A stretch of 50,127 nucleotides of DNA from Octopus bimaculoides (taxonomy: Eukaryota), in the NCBI RefSeq assembly GCF_001194135.2, contig NC_068996.1:23252767-23302893 (forward strand), given 5' to 3'. The notes below the pieces were generated by a model. That model saw nothing but the letters and a program-made list of their open reading frames with translations, searched no databases and was not told the DNA's origin. Below are positions 1 through 34,104 of this stretch, piece after piece. Within the stretch, counting starts at the first letter, position 1. Each line of letters starts with the position of its first letter. The translations under genes and the position numbers were made by a program.

Positions 1-27
1 GAAGACAGACAAAATACTGCTAAGCAT

Positions 28-1190
28 TTAGGTAACGATTCTGCCACACTGTTTGCCACTCCCCCTTCTTGACCTCTGTGCTTGAACAGTCCGAGTTGTT
101 TTGATCGGGAAGCGAAATATTCTCTGGCTATTCTTTTTTCTGGGGGGGGGGATGTTCATATGTTGTTGGTGGTGTTTGTGATACTCCGCGGCTGGTGACG
201 GTGGTATTCCGGTTGGTGATTGTGGTGGTACTCCGACTGGTGTTGTTGTTGTTGGTGGTGCTCTGACTGGCTGTGCTACTTCGGCTGGTGGTGGTGGTAC
301 CCTGGCGACTGCTGGAGGCGTCGTCACTGTTGCTGGTGGTGATGGAGTTGCTTTCTGCTGCTGCTGCTGCACTGGAAGTGCNNNNNNNNNNCATCTCTTT
401 GTATTAGGAGCAGTCGACGTTGAGGTGCTGGTCGCTCCAACAAAAGTAGCACCTTGCTGCAACCCTCCATGGCCACGTGCAGTCTCGTGCCGTCTGGTAA
501 ATTTATGACATCGGGGATAGAATTTATGGCTTCTTGTTCAATTTGAGCAAGCTCTAATCCCTGACCCGTCCAGTTTTGTTGATGCAATTTATGCACCTCC
601 AGTATTCTGATGTTATCCTCTATATCACAGAGGACAGCCGCCACCAGCCAGCATACATTTATCTCAGGGGGCACCTCCCCAATTTAATTTTGGTGTCGCG
701 CCGACCTAGCTATGTCTGCACGAACAGGAATTCCTCAGTTTTTAGTGGCACTGTGGAATGCTGTCTTGCTTCTTCTACCGTTGCGAATCGTATTTCTACA
801 GTGCTGAAACGTTGTTCTCGCGTCACATAGGTTTTACTCGTCCATATAGGTCTCAACACAATTTCTAGTTGCTGTTGAGTTGCTCTTTCTACTGTTTAAA
901 AAATTTTTTTTTTTTAATATTCAGTGATTTATAGATTACCGTTTTCTCCTGTGTTTCCTTTATCAGTTGTTGTGGTGTGTTAACGAAAATATTTTTCTTT
1001 CCTTAACAAATCCTTTACATTTGTTTCACTGCCAAGGCGAAACCGTTGCCGCTTGGTTTGTCAGTTTTTCTTGTTTGATTCTTCCTTTTCGTTTGTGTTT
1101 ACTGTGTTTATGTCGGGGGTGACGTTGGCGGTGTTTCCTTCGCTTACTTTTTCATTTTCCATGTTAGTGCTGGTGCTGTTAGTGATGTTC
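28..1190 (-). mobile_element. Degenerate ORF1 (gag-like) of an L1/Tx1-like non-LTR retrotransposon
   Basis: Minus-strand frames give VTREQRFSTVEIRFATVEEARQHS..LGRR..VPPEINVCWLVAAVL..LPDGTRLHVAMEG. After a frameshift comes a CCHC knuckle CYFCWSDQHLNVDC (410-451) and a Pro/Thr/Ser-rich tail. Several stops and frameshifts. Confidence 0.7.
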
Positions 1191-1468
1191 GTACTTGTGC
1201 TGTTCAGAGAGGGGAAATCTTGATTGTACTAGCCGTCAGAACAGCCACTGCCACTCCCCTCGACAGAAGAAGCCATTTTGTTTTTTCGTCAAACGAAAAA
1301 CAAAATGTCCAAAATTCTCCCCTAAAAGGGGAGTAATTTTCAAGAAAAGAACACCTTCTGCACACCAAAAGGGGTTCGGAAAACAAAATCCAACAAACAA
1401 GCAAACAGTCAATAAACTTGAAAAATAACAACAAATTTCAACCTGACAGAGCTCTGAAAAACACGTCT

Positions 1469-1604
1469 TACTTAATTTATCAACCCCGAAAGGATGAAAG
1501 GAAAAGTCGACTTCGGCAGAATTTGAACTCAGAACGTAGTGGCGGGCGAAATAGCATTAAGCATTTCAGCCGGTGTGCTAACGATTCCTTCAGCTCGTCG
1601 CTTT
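1469..1604 (-). mobile_element. SINE family A (tRNA-derived head, gcctttcatcctttcggggtcgataaa core), partial
   Basis: Reverse complement of the head (agctg..gaatcgttagc A-box-like; gagttcaaattc B-box-like) and core shared with more than 10 other copies in the window. Confidence 0.85.
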
Positions 1605-1704
1605 AATGATGATAATAATTCATTCTTTTATGAGCCACGAGGGCTCACATACAATAACATTAAAGGACATGCAACTACATAAAAGACAATAACGGGACGA
1701 TACA

Positions 1705-1782
1705 GTGGGTAAATTTTCAGATTAACACCCGCAAGCGAAAACCCTAACACCCTAGTGAAAATCGTACGGGTGTTAATTTACC
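1705..1782. mobile_element. Small inverted-repeat element with aaccctaacaccctagtgaaaatcgt core (same family as 44355-44530)
   Basis: ttaacacccg (about 1722) and cgggtgttaa (about 1767) are inverted repeats. The ends ttttcagattaacacc and aaccctaacaccctagtgaaaatcgt recur at 44.36-44.53 kb. Confidence 0.6.
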
Positions 1783-2383
1783 ATACAATGGATTTTCCGC
1801 ATGTAAACAATATAAATAGCAATTAAAAATTAAACAAAAAAAATTTCAACATCTGGGACTTTGGCAATTACACAGTTATCAGAAATGATAACAAAGGGAA
1901 CTGCTTCGAATTGTTATATGAGCTGGTGGCAACTCGGCCAACCAATATTTCGATGGAGTAGGAGTTAATAGAGTGTAGCATGGATTAAGATTTAATGTAA
2001 AGTGAAGCATGCAGGAGACTGCCTAGAAGACATACGTCCTTTCTCAGTCGAACCAAATTATGATATATTGATTGGTGATTTCGGAGATCCTCCGGAACTA
2101 TACAATGTCTGGTAGTGGAGCAAAAGTGTGTGGCGCTCAGGTTCGATTCAACAAATCAGTACCTGCCCGCGTACATATTTTTATGATTATTACAACTATT
2201 TATTTTAATTATTGTATGTTTTTACTGTTTTTTTTTTCTATTTGTTTCATTTTTTTTTTTTTTTACAGTGTCTGTTATATAACGCCCTCACTCTTCACAT
2301 CGTACTGTAAACCTCACGTACATTGTTTTTTGGTCTATTTTTTTTTCTCTTCGAGCCTTTGAAACGATAAAAAAATGATTATT

Positions 2384-2740
2384 AAGGCGGCGAGCTGGCA
2401 GAATCGTTACAGCGCCCAGCAAAATAGTTCAACTGTTTGGGAAAGATAACGAGGCAGACATAGGTGTCTACCTGGACGGCCTGCCACGACTTTCGGTGAG
2501 CGAGGCAGAGTGCTGCAAAAGGCCGATAACAGCCTGGAAAGTACAGGAAGCGATGGAAAGTTGCACGAGAGGCAGATCGCCGGGTTTAGATGGTCTGAGT
2601 GATGCGCCCGTGTTGACTTAGCCTTTCATCTTTTCGGCTTCGATGAAATAAGTACCAGTTCCACACTGGGATCGATGTAATCGACTAGCCCCTCCCCTAA
2701 AGTTTCAGGCTTTGTACCTATAGTAGAAAAGATTATTATA
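2384..2740 (+). mobile_element. SINE A copy whose middle is replaced by a LINE ORF2 fragment
   Basis: Head aaggcggcgagctggcagaatcgtt (2384-2424) and 3' half gcctttcatc..tagtagaaaagattatta (2612-2740) flank unrelated coding-like DNA. Confidence 0.75.
2427..2600 (+). mobile_element. L1/Tx1-like ORF2 fragment (just upstream of RT)
   Basis: Translates QLFGKDNEADIGVYLDGLPRLSVSEAECCKRPITAWKVQEAMESCTRGRSPG(fs)DGL, matching the 'L..LP.LS..E...L..PIT..E...A......KSPG.DGL' motif of L1/Tx1 ORF2. Confidence 0.75.
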
Positions 2741-2747
2741 ATTATTA

Positions 2748-2962
2748 TTAAGGCGGTGGTGAGCTGACAGAATTGTAAGCACACCGGGAAAATTGTTTAG
2801 CGGCATTTCGCCCGTCTTCATGTTCTGAGTTCAAATGCTGCCAAAGTCGACTTTGCTTTTCATCCTTTCGGGATCGATAAATTAAGTACTAGTTCAGTAT
2901 TGAGGTTGATGTATTCCACTATCCTCCTCTCAAATTTCAGGTCTTGTGCCTATAGTAGAAAG
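2748..2962 (+). mobile_element. SINE family A, near full length
   Basis: Head, core and tail (ttcaggtcttgtgcctatagtagaaa) all present. Confidence 0.85.
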
Positions 2963-2964
2963 TG

Positions 2965-3350
2965 GTTTAGCAAAACATTAAAGGAAGAGAGAAATAGAAT
3001 AGAGGGAGATTTAGTTAGAAAGTTAGATGATGCGCTTAGGACAAGCATCGCAACTGACGTGTTGGCGGCCAGATTAGCCCTCGACCAATTTTTCGATGCC
3101 AAACACGAAAGATTTGTTGTCAGAGCTAAGGCACGTTCACTAAGCGGGGAGGGAACGAAAGCATCGCGATGGGCCTGTGTGATGGAGGCTAAACGTGGCA
3201 ACAAAGCCACCATTCGGTCTTTGGTGGACTAGAACAGCGCGAGGTGTTCGAATCGAAACAGATGTAAGCGGCCTTTCAACAGCACTTTGCTTGACTGTTT
3301 GGGACGAGCGCTGGGACGGATAACGGGGCAGACTTCATCTACAACAAAGC
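2965..3350 (+). mobile_element. L1/Tx1-like ORF2 fragment (endonuclease-RT linker)
   Basis: ORF 2900-3232 region LARLALDQFFDAKHERFVVRAKARSLSGEG..IRSLVD, then frameshifted FQQHFA*LFG..DNGAD. It overlaps in sequence with the start of the 2427 fragment. Confidence 0.65.
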
Positions 3351-3514
3351 CTTGTGATTGTTAGGAGGCGTTAGAAAGTCCATTTCAATCCCACCGGATC
3401 ACACATCATTTCTTATTATTAGCGACCTTAACATTCTTTCACATTGCTTTAGAAAAGCAACAATGAGATAGAAGTTAATATTGGTTTCAAATTTTTGGCA
3501 AAAGGTCAGCAAGC

Positions 3515-4125
3515 AATTTCTGGAGAGAAGTTAAGTCAATTACATTGACCCAGTGCTCAACTGGTACTTATTTTATCGATCCCGAAAAGATGAAAGGAAA
3601 AGTCGACTTTGGCGAAATTTGAAATTAGAACGTAAAGATGAATGAAATGCCGTCAAGCACTTTGCCCAGCGTGCTAACGAATCGCTTTATATGTAAAATT
3701 AATATTGGTTGCTATATCAAGGCGGCAAGCTCACAGAATCGTTAGCATGCCGGACAAAATGCTTAGCGGCATTTCGTTCGTCTTTACGGTCTGAGTTAAA
3801 GTTCTGCCAAGGTCGAATTTGCCTTTCATCCTTTCAGAATCGATAAAATAACAGTTGAGTACTGGGGTCGATGTAATCGATGTACCCTCCCTCCCGAACT
3901 TACTGGCCCTGTGCCAAAATTTGATACTGATATTACTTGCTGTATAAAGGCGGCAAGCTGGCAGAGTCGTTAGCACGCTGGAGAAAATGCTTAGCGGCAT
4001 TTCGTTTATCTTTATGTTCTGAGTTCAAATGCCGCTGGAGTCGACTTTCCCCTTTCGGGGTCAGTAAAATAAGTACCAGGTCGATGTAATCAAGTCATCT
4101 CATTCCCCGAAATTGTTGGCCAGCT
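3515..4125. mobile_element. Cluster of three SINE A copies (3515-3690 minus; 3719-3935 plus; 3947-4125 plus)
   Basis: Each carries the head (ggcggcaagctggcaga..cgttagc) and/or the core (gtcgactttgcctttcatcc..ataagtaccag). Confidence 0.85.
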
Positions 4126-5421
4126 ATTTTTGTTTTATGCTATCTCATCTACCGGAACACAAGATTATGGGCAAGTTGTTTCGCGTACAAGTTCCATTTG
4201 TCTTCGAATTTTGTTTTCAATCTGAATGTCAGACAGAAGATACGATAAGTTTTCCCTTTCTGTATGTGTAAAATACAGGCCCACACGCTACCCAGCGTTT
4301 CTTTTGTTCTTTCGGGGGTACAGGAAAAAAATCTCTTCATTTGTGAAGCAAACGTAGATCGTTCCCCCAACTTCATTACGTTTTTTAATATATATTTTTT
4401 CGAGCAATGAGATATAGTTTATTTTGATACGTTTCCACTCATCCAATGGAACATTAAATATTAACAATCAACAACTTGTTTTGAGCAAAATTAATTTCAC
4501 GAGTAACCTTTTTGTAGGTCGGTATTTCTGTGTGTTGATATTGCTGTCTTCGCTACAAAGGTTTTTGGAGCGTCCAAGAAACGAACTTTATTTGTCTGAG
4601 AAACCAAAATTTGTCCATGTTTAAAATACGACTGAATATTTTGCAAAGCATGTTTGCTGTTAGTCACCTTGGCAGGGTTACTTTAAAAAAAAAAAAAATT
4701 TTCATTCTTGCTTTGGGCGGGAGGAGAGTTTTACTTTACCCCTGTGGCTCGAAAGCCATTTTGAAAGAGAAGCTAAATTGTCAAAAAAAAATGTGAAGTT
4801 CTTTTTATCGGAGCGCGAAGTGCTCCTCACGACTGCAGGTCCGTAAGATGGTTCTGATTTGTAAACAGTTTTTAGTAGGATCCAGAAAGAGAAATATGAA
4901 CATGCAATGCGCACGTGCATACTGGATTTGTAAAACGGAAGAGAATAAAAACGTAATTCGCGTGTTACATCATACTGTTTTAATTATGCTGATAACAGCA
5001 TGCTTCAACATTCGCGAAGAAAAATTAAGAAAAGCAGAAGAACGAAAAAATTGTTTATATTGACAAAGGGAATTCCCCATTTTTATGCACCTATACTGCC
5101 ACCGATGGGAAATGTCAAAGTGATGTCAGAAAATTAAAGGCTATACATGATGACAATATTATTCTTATGTATAGAAACAAAGGCAATGATTAAAGATGCG
5201 TTAAAAAAAAAAAAAAAAAAGACTCGACTCTCTCGTGAACTCCAGAAGAAACTTAATAGATATATATCAGTTAAATAAAAAGTTCGGTTCAGATGGACTA
5301 TGTGTAATCTGAACCTTTCCCCCCTTGTTCTATTTATTTTTTTTACGGAATCCCACGTTTTAGGCTATGGAGATTCCACTTCTGAAAAAAGATTTTCAAA
5401 AATCTCAATTTCAAAATTTCG

Positions 5422-5574
5422 ATTCCCCCCCACCCCGGTTTTTATATAGATCCACAGGGTAAACCTAACCCTAACTCAAACCCTAACCCTGACCGTAACC
5501 CTAACACTAGTTTTGTGAGATTTGTCTGTTATTTCTAGCATGTAAATAGCCTGCTTGGTTGGGTGGGGGGGAAT
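5422..5574. repeat. Telomere-like (TAACCC)n array bracketed by a perfect 14-bp inverted repeat
   Basis: attcccccccaccc (5422-5435) and gggtgggggggaat (5561-5574) flank degenerate ctaacc repeats at 5463-5505. The array abuts an assembly gap. Confidence 0.75.
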
Positions 5575-6956
5575 TNNNNNNNNNNNNNNNNNNNNNNNNN
5601 NNNNNNNNNNNNNNNNNNNNNNNNNNNNNNNNNNNNNNNNNNNNNNNNNNNNNNNNNNNNNNNNNNNNNNNNNNNNNNNNNNNNNNNNNNNNNNNNNNNN
5701 NNNNNNNNNNNNNNNNNNNNNNNNNNNNNNNNNNNNNNNNNNNNNNNNNNNNNNNNNNNNNNNNNNNNNNNNNNNNNNNNNNNNNNNNNNNNNNNNNNNN
5801 NNNNNNNNNNNNNNNNNNNNNNNNNNNNNNNNNNNNNNNNNNNNNNNNNNNNNNNNNNNNNNNNNNNNNNNNNNNNNNNNNNNNNNNNNNNNNNNNNNNN
5901 NNNNNNNNNNNNNNNNNNNNNNNNNNNNNNNNNNNNNNNNNNNNNNNNNNNNNNNNNNNNNNNNNNNNNNNNNNNNNNNNNNNNNNNNNNNNNNNNNNNN
6001 NNNNNNNNNNNNNNNNNNNNNNNNNNNNNNNNNNNNNNNNNNNNNNNNNNNNNNNNNNNNNNNNNNNNNNNNNNNNNNNNNNNNNNNNNNNNNNNNNNNN
6101 NNNNNNNNNNNNNNNNNNNNNNNNNNNNNNNNNNNNNNNNNNNNNNNNNNNNNNNNNNNNNNNNNNNNNNNNNNNNNNNNNNNNNNNNNNNNNNNNNNNN
6201 NNNNNNNNNNNNNNNNNNNNNNNNNNNNNNNNNNNNNNNNNNNNNNNNNNNNNNNNNNNNNNNNNNNNNNNNNNNNNNNNNNNNNNNNNNNNNNNNNNNN
6301 NNNNNNNNNNNNNNNNNNNNNNNNNNNNNNNNNNNNNNNNNNNNNNNNNNNNNNNNNNNNNNNNNNNNNNNNNNNNNNNNNNNNNNNNNNNNNNNNNNNN
6401 NNNNNNNNNNNNNNNNNNNNNNNNNNNNNNNNNNATTTTAGAACCTGAGATCATTGCTGGCATTTATCCACAGTGATTAAAAAAATATTGTTATATTTCG
6501 GGATGGTCATTTTTTTTTTCTTGCCAAATTTTACAAGAATAGAAAAAAAAAAAAAGGAAAAAGAGAAATGACCATCATGAAGTATAACAGTATCTGTTTC
6601 AAAACACGATTTCATATCAGGAATCTTGCAAAATACATTCATAAACGATTTTTGAAAAAAGGGGATGCAAAAGATTCATTCATATATTTATATACACATA
6701 TACAACATTTATATATTACCTTTAATAAATTAGCCTTCCTAAAGTTCACCTTTAAAATGCCACGACTAGTCTGAGTACTTTCTCTCCAACCTTCGAAAAC
6801 CTCTCTCGCCAATCTCCAACAATCTCTCTCTCCTCCAGCTGACAGTTTTTTTGTACTTTTTCGCGACGGAAAATACCACCTTTTGTGGCAGTTTTAACGA
6901 AATAAGGCGTTTCAATAGTACATCTTTACCCCAGGAATTACCGGGTACACCAGCTA

Positions 6957-6993
<37 letters not shown>

Positions 6994-7840
6994 AGATTCA
7001 AAATTGAATATGGCACTTACGTTTAGGCACCAGAATATAGTATGGTATTATCCAAACAATTCCAAAAGCAAGGTGATCAAAAATCAAAAAAAGCAACACG
7101 GATTTTCAAGGTTTATTGCAGTACGCACGTTTCATGCAACTCCATTTATTTAAGTAATGCGAGCATTACATTAAATGTGAAATGCAGAGCAATCTTCAGC
7201 TGCACAAGGATACAGAAAATTTACTGAAATTTCATTTCAGCAGAATGGACATATTACTGTTGTAACAACATTTAAACAATCTAAATAGGAAAGAAGAATA
7301 CAAAAAACCCACCTTGACATAGCCAAAGCTAGCAGGCTATATATATATTTAGTTCACAGCCCCGCGGTACTACCTTTGCGGACCCCAGGTTAGGAACCAC
7401 TGACCTAGCTAGCACTCACTAACTAATGTTCTCGTAGTTTCTGCCTTTTTAAGTGAACCACTTCGGTTTCCCATAATTCTCTGAATTCCTAAACAATTAT
7501 TCATTAAGATTGCAGCAGGTATTAATGATATTCTAAATAAAAATTCATCTGGTCTTGTTCACTTGTAGTCCCTCACAACTGAGGATATTGTTCATAAATT
7601 GAAAAATTTCATTTCAACTGTTTAATCTGTTAACCCACCAGCAGTTGTTCGATTTGTCACCATTCCCACTGCCAACTTATGTTGCATTATTGACACTTTT
7701 AATCAAATTTAGTTGAACTCGAACTTGAATAGTAAAGAGCAAAAAGTTTATTATATGACCTAAATAAAATTATTAGAAATTTAAATTCTACATTATTGGG
7801 TTCATGAACAATTTCCCGGCACCAGTGTATTGCTAAAGAC

Positions 7841-8350
7841 AAAACCTGGGCACCAAACCGTTAATCATTAATTAACGAAGCTAACATTTTCGTTAACGAT
7901 TTAACTTGTAAGTTAAATTTGGAAATCCTTATCGGACTAATTAACTACCGTTAAGTGAAGTCGACTTGAGTTAACTTTCGTTAACTTCTGTTCAATTAAA
8001 ATTAACGGAATTTATAGTATTGACTTCGTCTGTCTTTACGTCCTGAGTTCAAATTCCGCCAAAGTCGACTTTGCCTTTTATCCTTTCGGGGTCGATAAAT
8101 TAAGTACCAGTTGCGTACTGGTTCGATCTAATCGACTGGCCCCCTTCCCCTAAATTTCGGGTTTTGTGCCTAGAGTAGAAATAGATTTTATAGTATTGGC
8201 ACTTTTTAAAGGTGTTTTTAGAGTAAAAACTGAATTTTTTTTTCTATAATAAAAATTAGCGTTGGTTTATCGATAACTTCTGTTACATTTTAAAACTAAC
8301 TGATGAACGGTTATCGAAGTTAACTTTTCGGTTAACGGTGCTCATCTTTG
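7841..8350. mobile_element. hAT-like MITE rich in gttaac palindromes
   Basis: Imperfect TIRs (aaaacctgggcacc..cgttaatc / cggttaacggtgctcatctttg) and a near-identical 8-bp flanking duplication ctaaagac (7833-7840) / ttaaagac (8351-8358). Confidence 0.55.
8023..8186 (+). mobile_element. 5'-truncated SINE A with 12-bp TSD, nested in the MITE
   Basis: TSD tttatagtattg at 8011-8022 and 8187-8198. The copy begins inside the tRNA head. Confidence 0.9.
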
Positions 8351-8675
8351 TTAAAGACCATAAAAAAGGGGAGGCAGAAAGGGTGCACCATTAAGACATG
8401 ACATAAGATATATGTTTAACAAGTCATATGATAGTCATAATGCCATGTTTAACACCACTGTCAGGCAGCTTTGCTGCAATTTTCTTTTGGCAAAAGTTAA
8501 GCATAATAAAAACTTATCCTGTAATAAAAAAATTTTAAAACCCTTACTTTGCATAAAGAAGTAACAAATCCAATTCCGAGTGAGGAGTGATGGTGGAGGA
8601 GGAGAGAACGAAGAGAACACTTGCAATTGTAATCCAGGTGCGAATCGCAAGAGTGGAAATATCCTTGTCAACCGA

Positions 8676-9127
8676 TAATAATAATCCTTTCTAGTTAGTG
8701 GAAGCACAAGGCCTCAAATTTGGGGGAAGGGATTAAGTCGATTACATCGACCCCAGTGCGTAACTGGTACTAATTTTATCGACCCCAGTCGATTAAATCG
8801 ACTGCAGTCTTATCAACCTCGTAAGGATGAAAGTCAAAGTCGACCTCGGCGGAATTTGAACTCAGAACGTAACGGCGGACGAAATATCGCTAAGCATCCC
8901 GTCCAACGTGCTATCAATTCTACCAGCTCGCCACCTTAATAATAATCCTTTCTACTATAGGCACGAAGCACGACGCTAGACTTCAACTGGTACTTATTTT
9001 ATCGACCCCGTAAGAATGAAAGGCAAAGTCAGCCTCGGCGGTATTTGAACTCACAACGTAAAAACAGACGAAATGCTGGTAAACATTTTCCCCGGCGTCC
9101 TAACGATTCTGCTAGCTCGTTGCCTTC
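8676..9127 (-). mobile_element. Two tandem SINE A copies (8676-8937, 8938-9127)
   Basis: Reverse-complement head, core and (att)n tail in both; CpGs are largely retained. Confidence 0.85.
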
Positions 9128-9139
9128 TTAGTAATAGGG

Positions 9140-9780
9140 AGACTTCTAGGGCTGCTCATGGAGACCTGCGAAGAATTACAGTTGCCGTGACCGACTAGTG
9201 CAAATGCTTATCGTCTTCTTGCTTTGAGTAGGCCTGTTTACTCGGAGATTTATTGGCACATTCACTTAATTCATAACAAAATAGCCAGAAGGCAGTTCTT
9301 CCTTCACCCCAATTTTCCTTTTCAAGCGAAATTTGAATAAGTTGATGAGGGCTTGGCCAAAGGGGCAAGTGTCTGTCTTCAGTCCTTTCAATCTGGTTGA
9401 CCACACTACCTCTTTCGCTAAGGCTACCAGACAGATAAATACTGCCTGTCCTTCCAGGCCAAAGGAAGACGGCGAAACGATCTCCACAGTGGACTTAGCT
9501 GACAGTCGGTTTTGTTCTACATGCAACCCAACAGTCAGCAATGTTCGGGCACTAGACTAGTAGTGCACGCAGAACAGTTTCGTCGTTCTTAGGCATGGGT
9601 AGGCCCGACTGAATCCATACATGAACTCCGATAGCACTGTCAGGCAGAGATTTTTGTAAGTAATTCATGGACCCCGGCCTAAAAGTCCACTGACCATTCT
9701 AGTCGACGCCCAGAATTTTCTCCGAGAATATCATTGCTCTTGCCCGTCACTCAACGCCGAAGTGGAACTTCACCGACTGC
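9140..9780 (-). mobile_element. L1/Tx1-like ORF2 C-terminal fragment
   Basis: ORF 9266-9541: HVEQNRLSAKSTVEIV..FICLVALAKEVVWSTRLKGLKTDT..LINLFKFRLKRKI. This resembles the post-zinc-finger C-terminus of Tx1-like ORF2 (recalled similarity, not searched). Confidence 0.6.
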
Positions 9781-9786
9781 ATTGCT

Positions 9787-9901
9787 CAATAATAATCCTT
9801 TCTACTAAGGCCTAAGGTCTGAAATTTGGTGAGGAGGGGACTAATCGTTTACATCGTCTCAGTGTTTCACTGGTACTAAATTTATCGACCCCAAAAGGAT
9901 G
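9787..9901 (-). mobile_element. SINE A 3' part
   Basis: aataataatcctttctact..ctggtactaaatttatcgaccccaaaaggatg. Confidence 0.8.
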
Positions 9902-10139
9902 TTGTGCATTTGTTTTTACGACACACAGATTTAAAAAAAACAAAAAAACTTAAGTCATGAATTCATTCAAAGTCAATAAGCAAATACGACATTTCAGCAA
10001 ATAACGTGAATGAAAATGCCAAGGATTTACTATGGAAAAATGTATAATTTCCGTACATGTAAAGTAGTTTTAATGGCCGAGTATCAGTATCTGAATAAAG
10101 AAACTAAAAATGAAGCTTCGTGTTTATTTTATGCTTTAG

Positions 10140-10195
10140 GTGGTCAGTAAATCAGTCGTTGAGTTTGAGGTCAGAGGTCAGGTGCGCACGCATAT
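10140..10195 (+). promoter_or_regulatory. Putative KDM2 core promoter with Inr-like TCAGTC, perfect DR1 (AGGTCA-G-AGGTCA) and TGCGCACGCA
   Basis: tcagtc at 10152, aggtcagaggtca at 10168-10180 and tgcgcacgca at 10183-10192, about 350 bp upstream of ATG 10536. Function is inferred. Confidence 0.45.
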
Positions 10196-10535
10196 TATAC
10201 ATATATATGCATATATATATTTACATTTGCATAGCCATACATACATACACACACATATATATATATACACACATATACATACATATATATATTTGACGCT
10301 AAACTGTTCTAAACTGTTGGTTGTAGTTCCTTGTCACCTAGCCAGCATTTTGCGAAGTCGTTTTCGTTCATTTCAATTTAAATCTTTCATCTTCATCGTA
10401 GTTCTTCACGCACGAAATATTTTTTTAGAATGAATTTCGTCATTTCTACTTGCCAATAATTATTTCAATTCTAAAAACCAAGAAAACGGACCACCCCTCT
10501 CTCTGCTCCACTCTTCATTTATTCAAAATAAGAAA

Positions 10536-34043
<23,508 letters not shown>

Positions 34044-34076
34044 TACAATATAATTTCATCTTTATTACCACCACCG

Positions 34077-34104
34077 TCATCATCATCATCATCATCATCA
34101 TCAT
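34077..34104. repeat. (CAT)n microsatellite just 3' of the KDM2 stop
   Basis: catcatcatcatcatcatcatcatcat. Confidence 0.9.

Noticed and set aside
2384-2424. tRNA genes suggested by A/B-box-like motifs in SINE heads
   Set aside because: No cloverleaf can be folded, and the motifs run into SINE core sequence in every copy.
5507-6476. Long ORFs in the track that consist of X residues (also 37808-38299, 43974-44376, 45083-45430)
   Set aside because: Artefacts of N-gaps.
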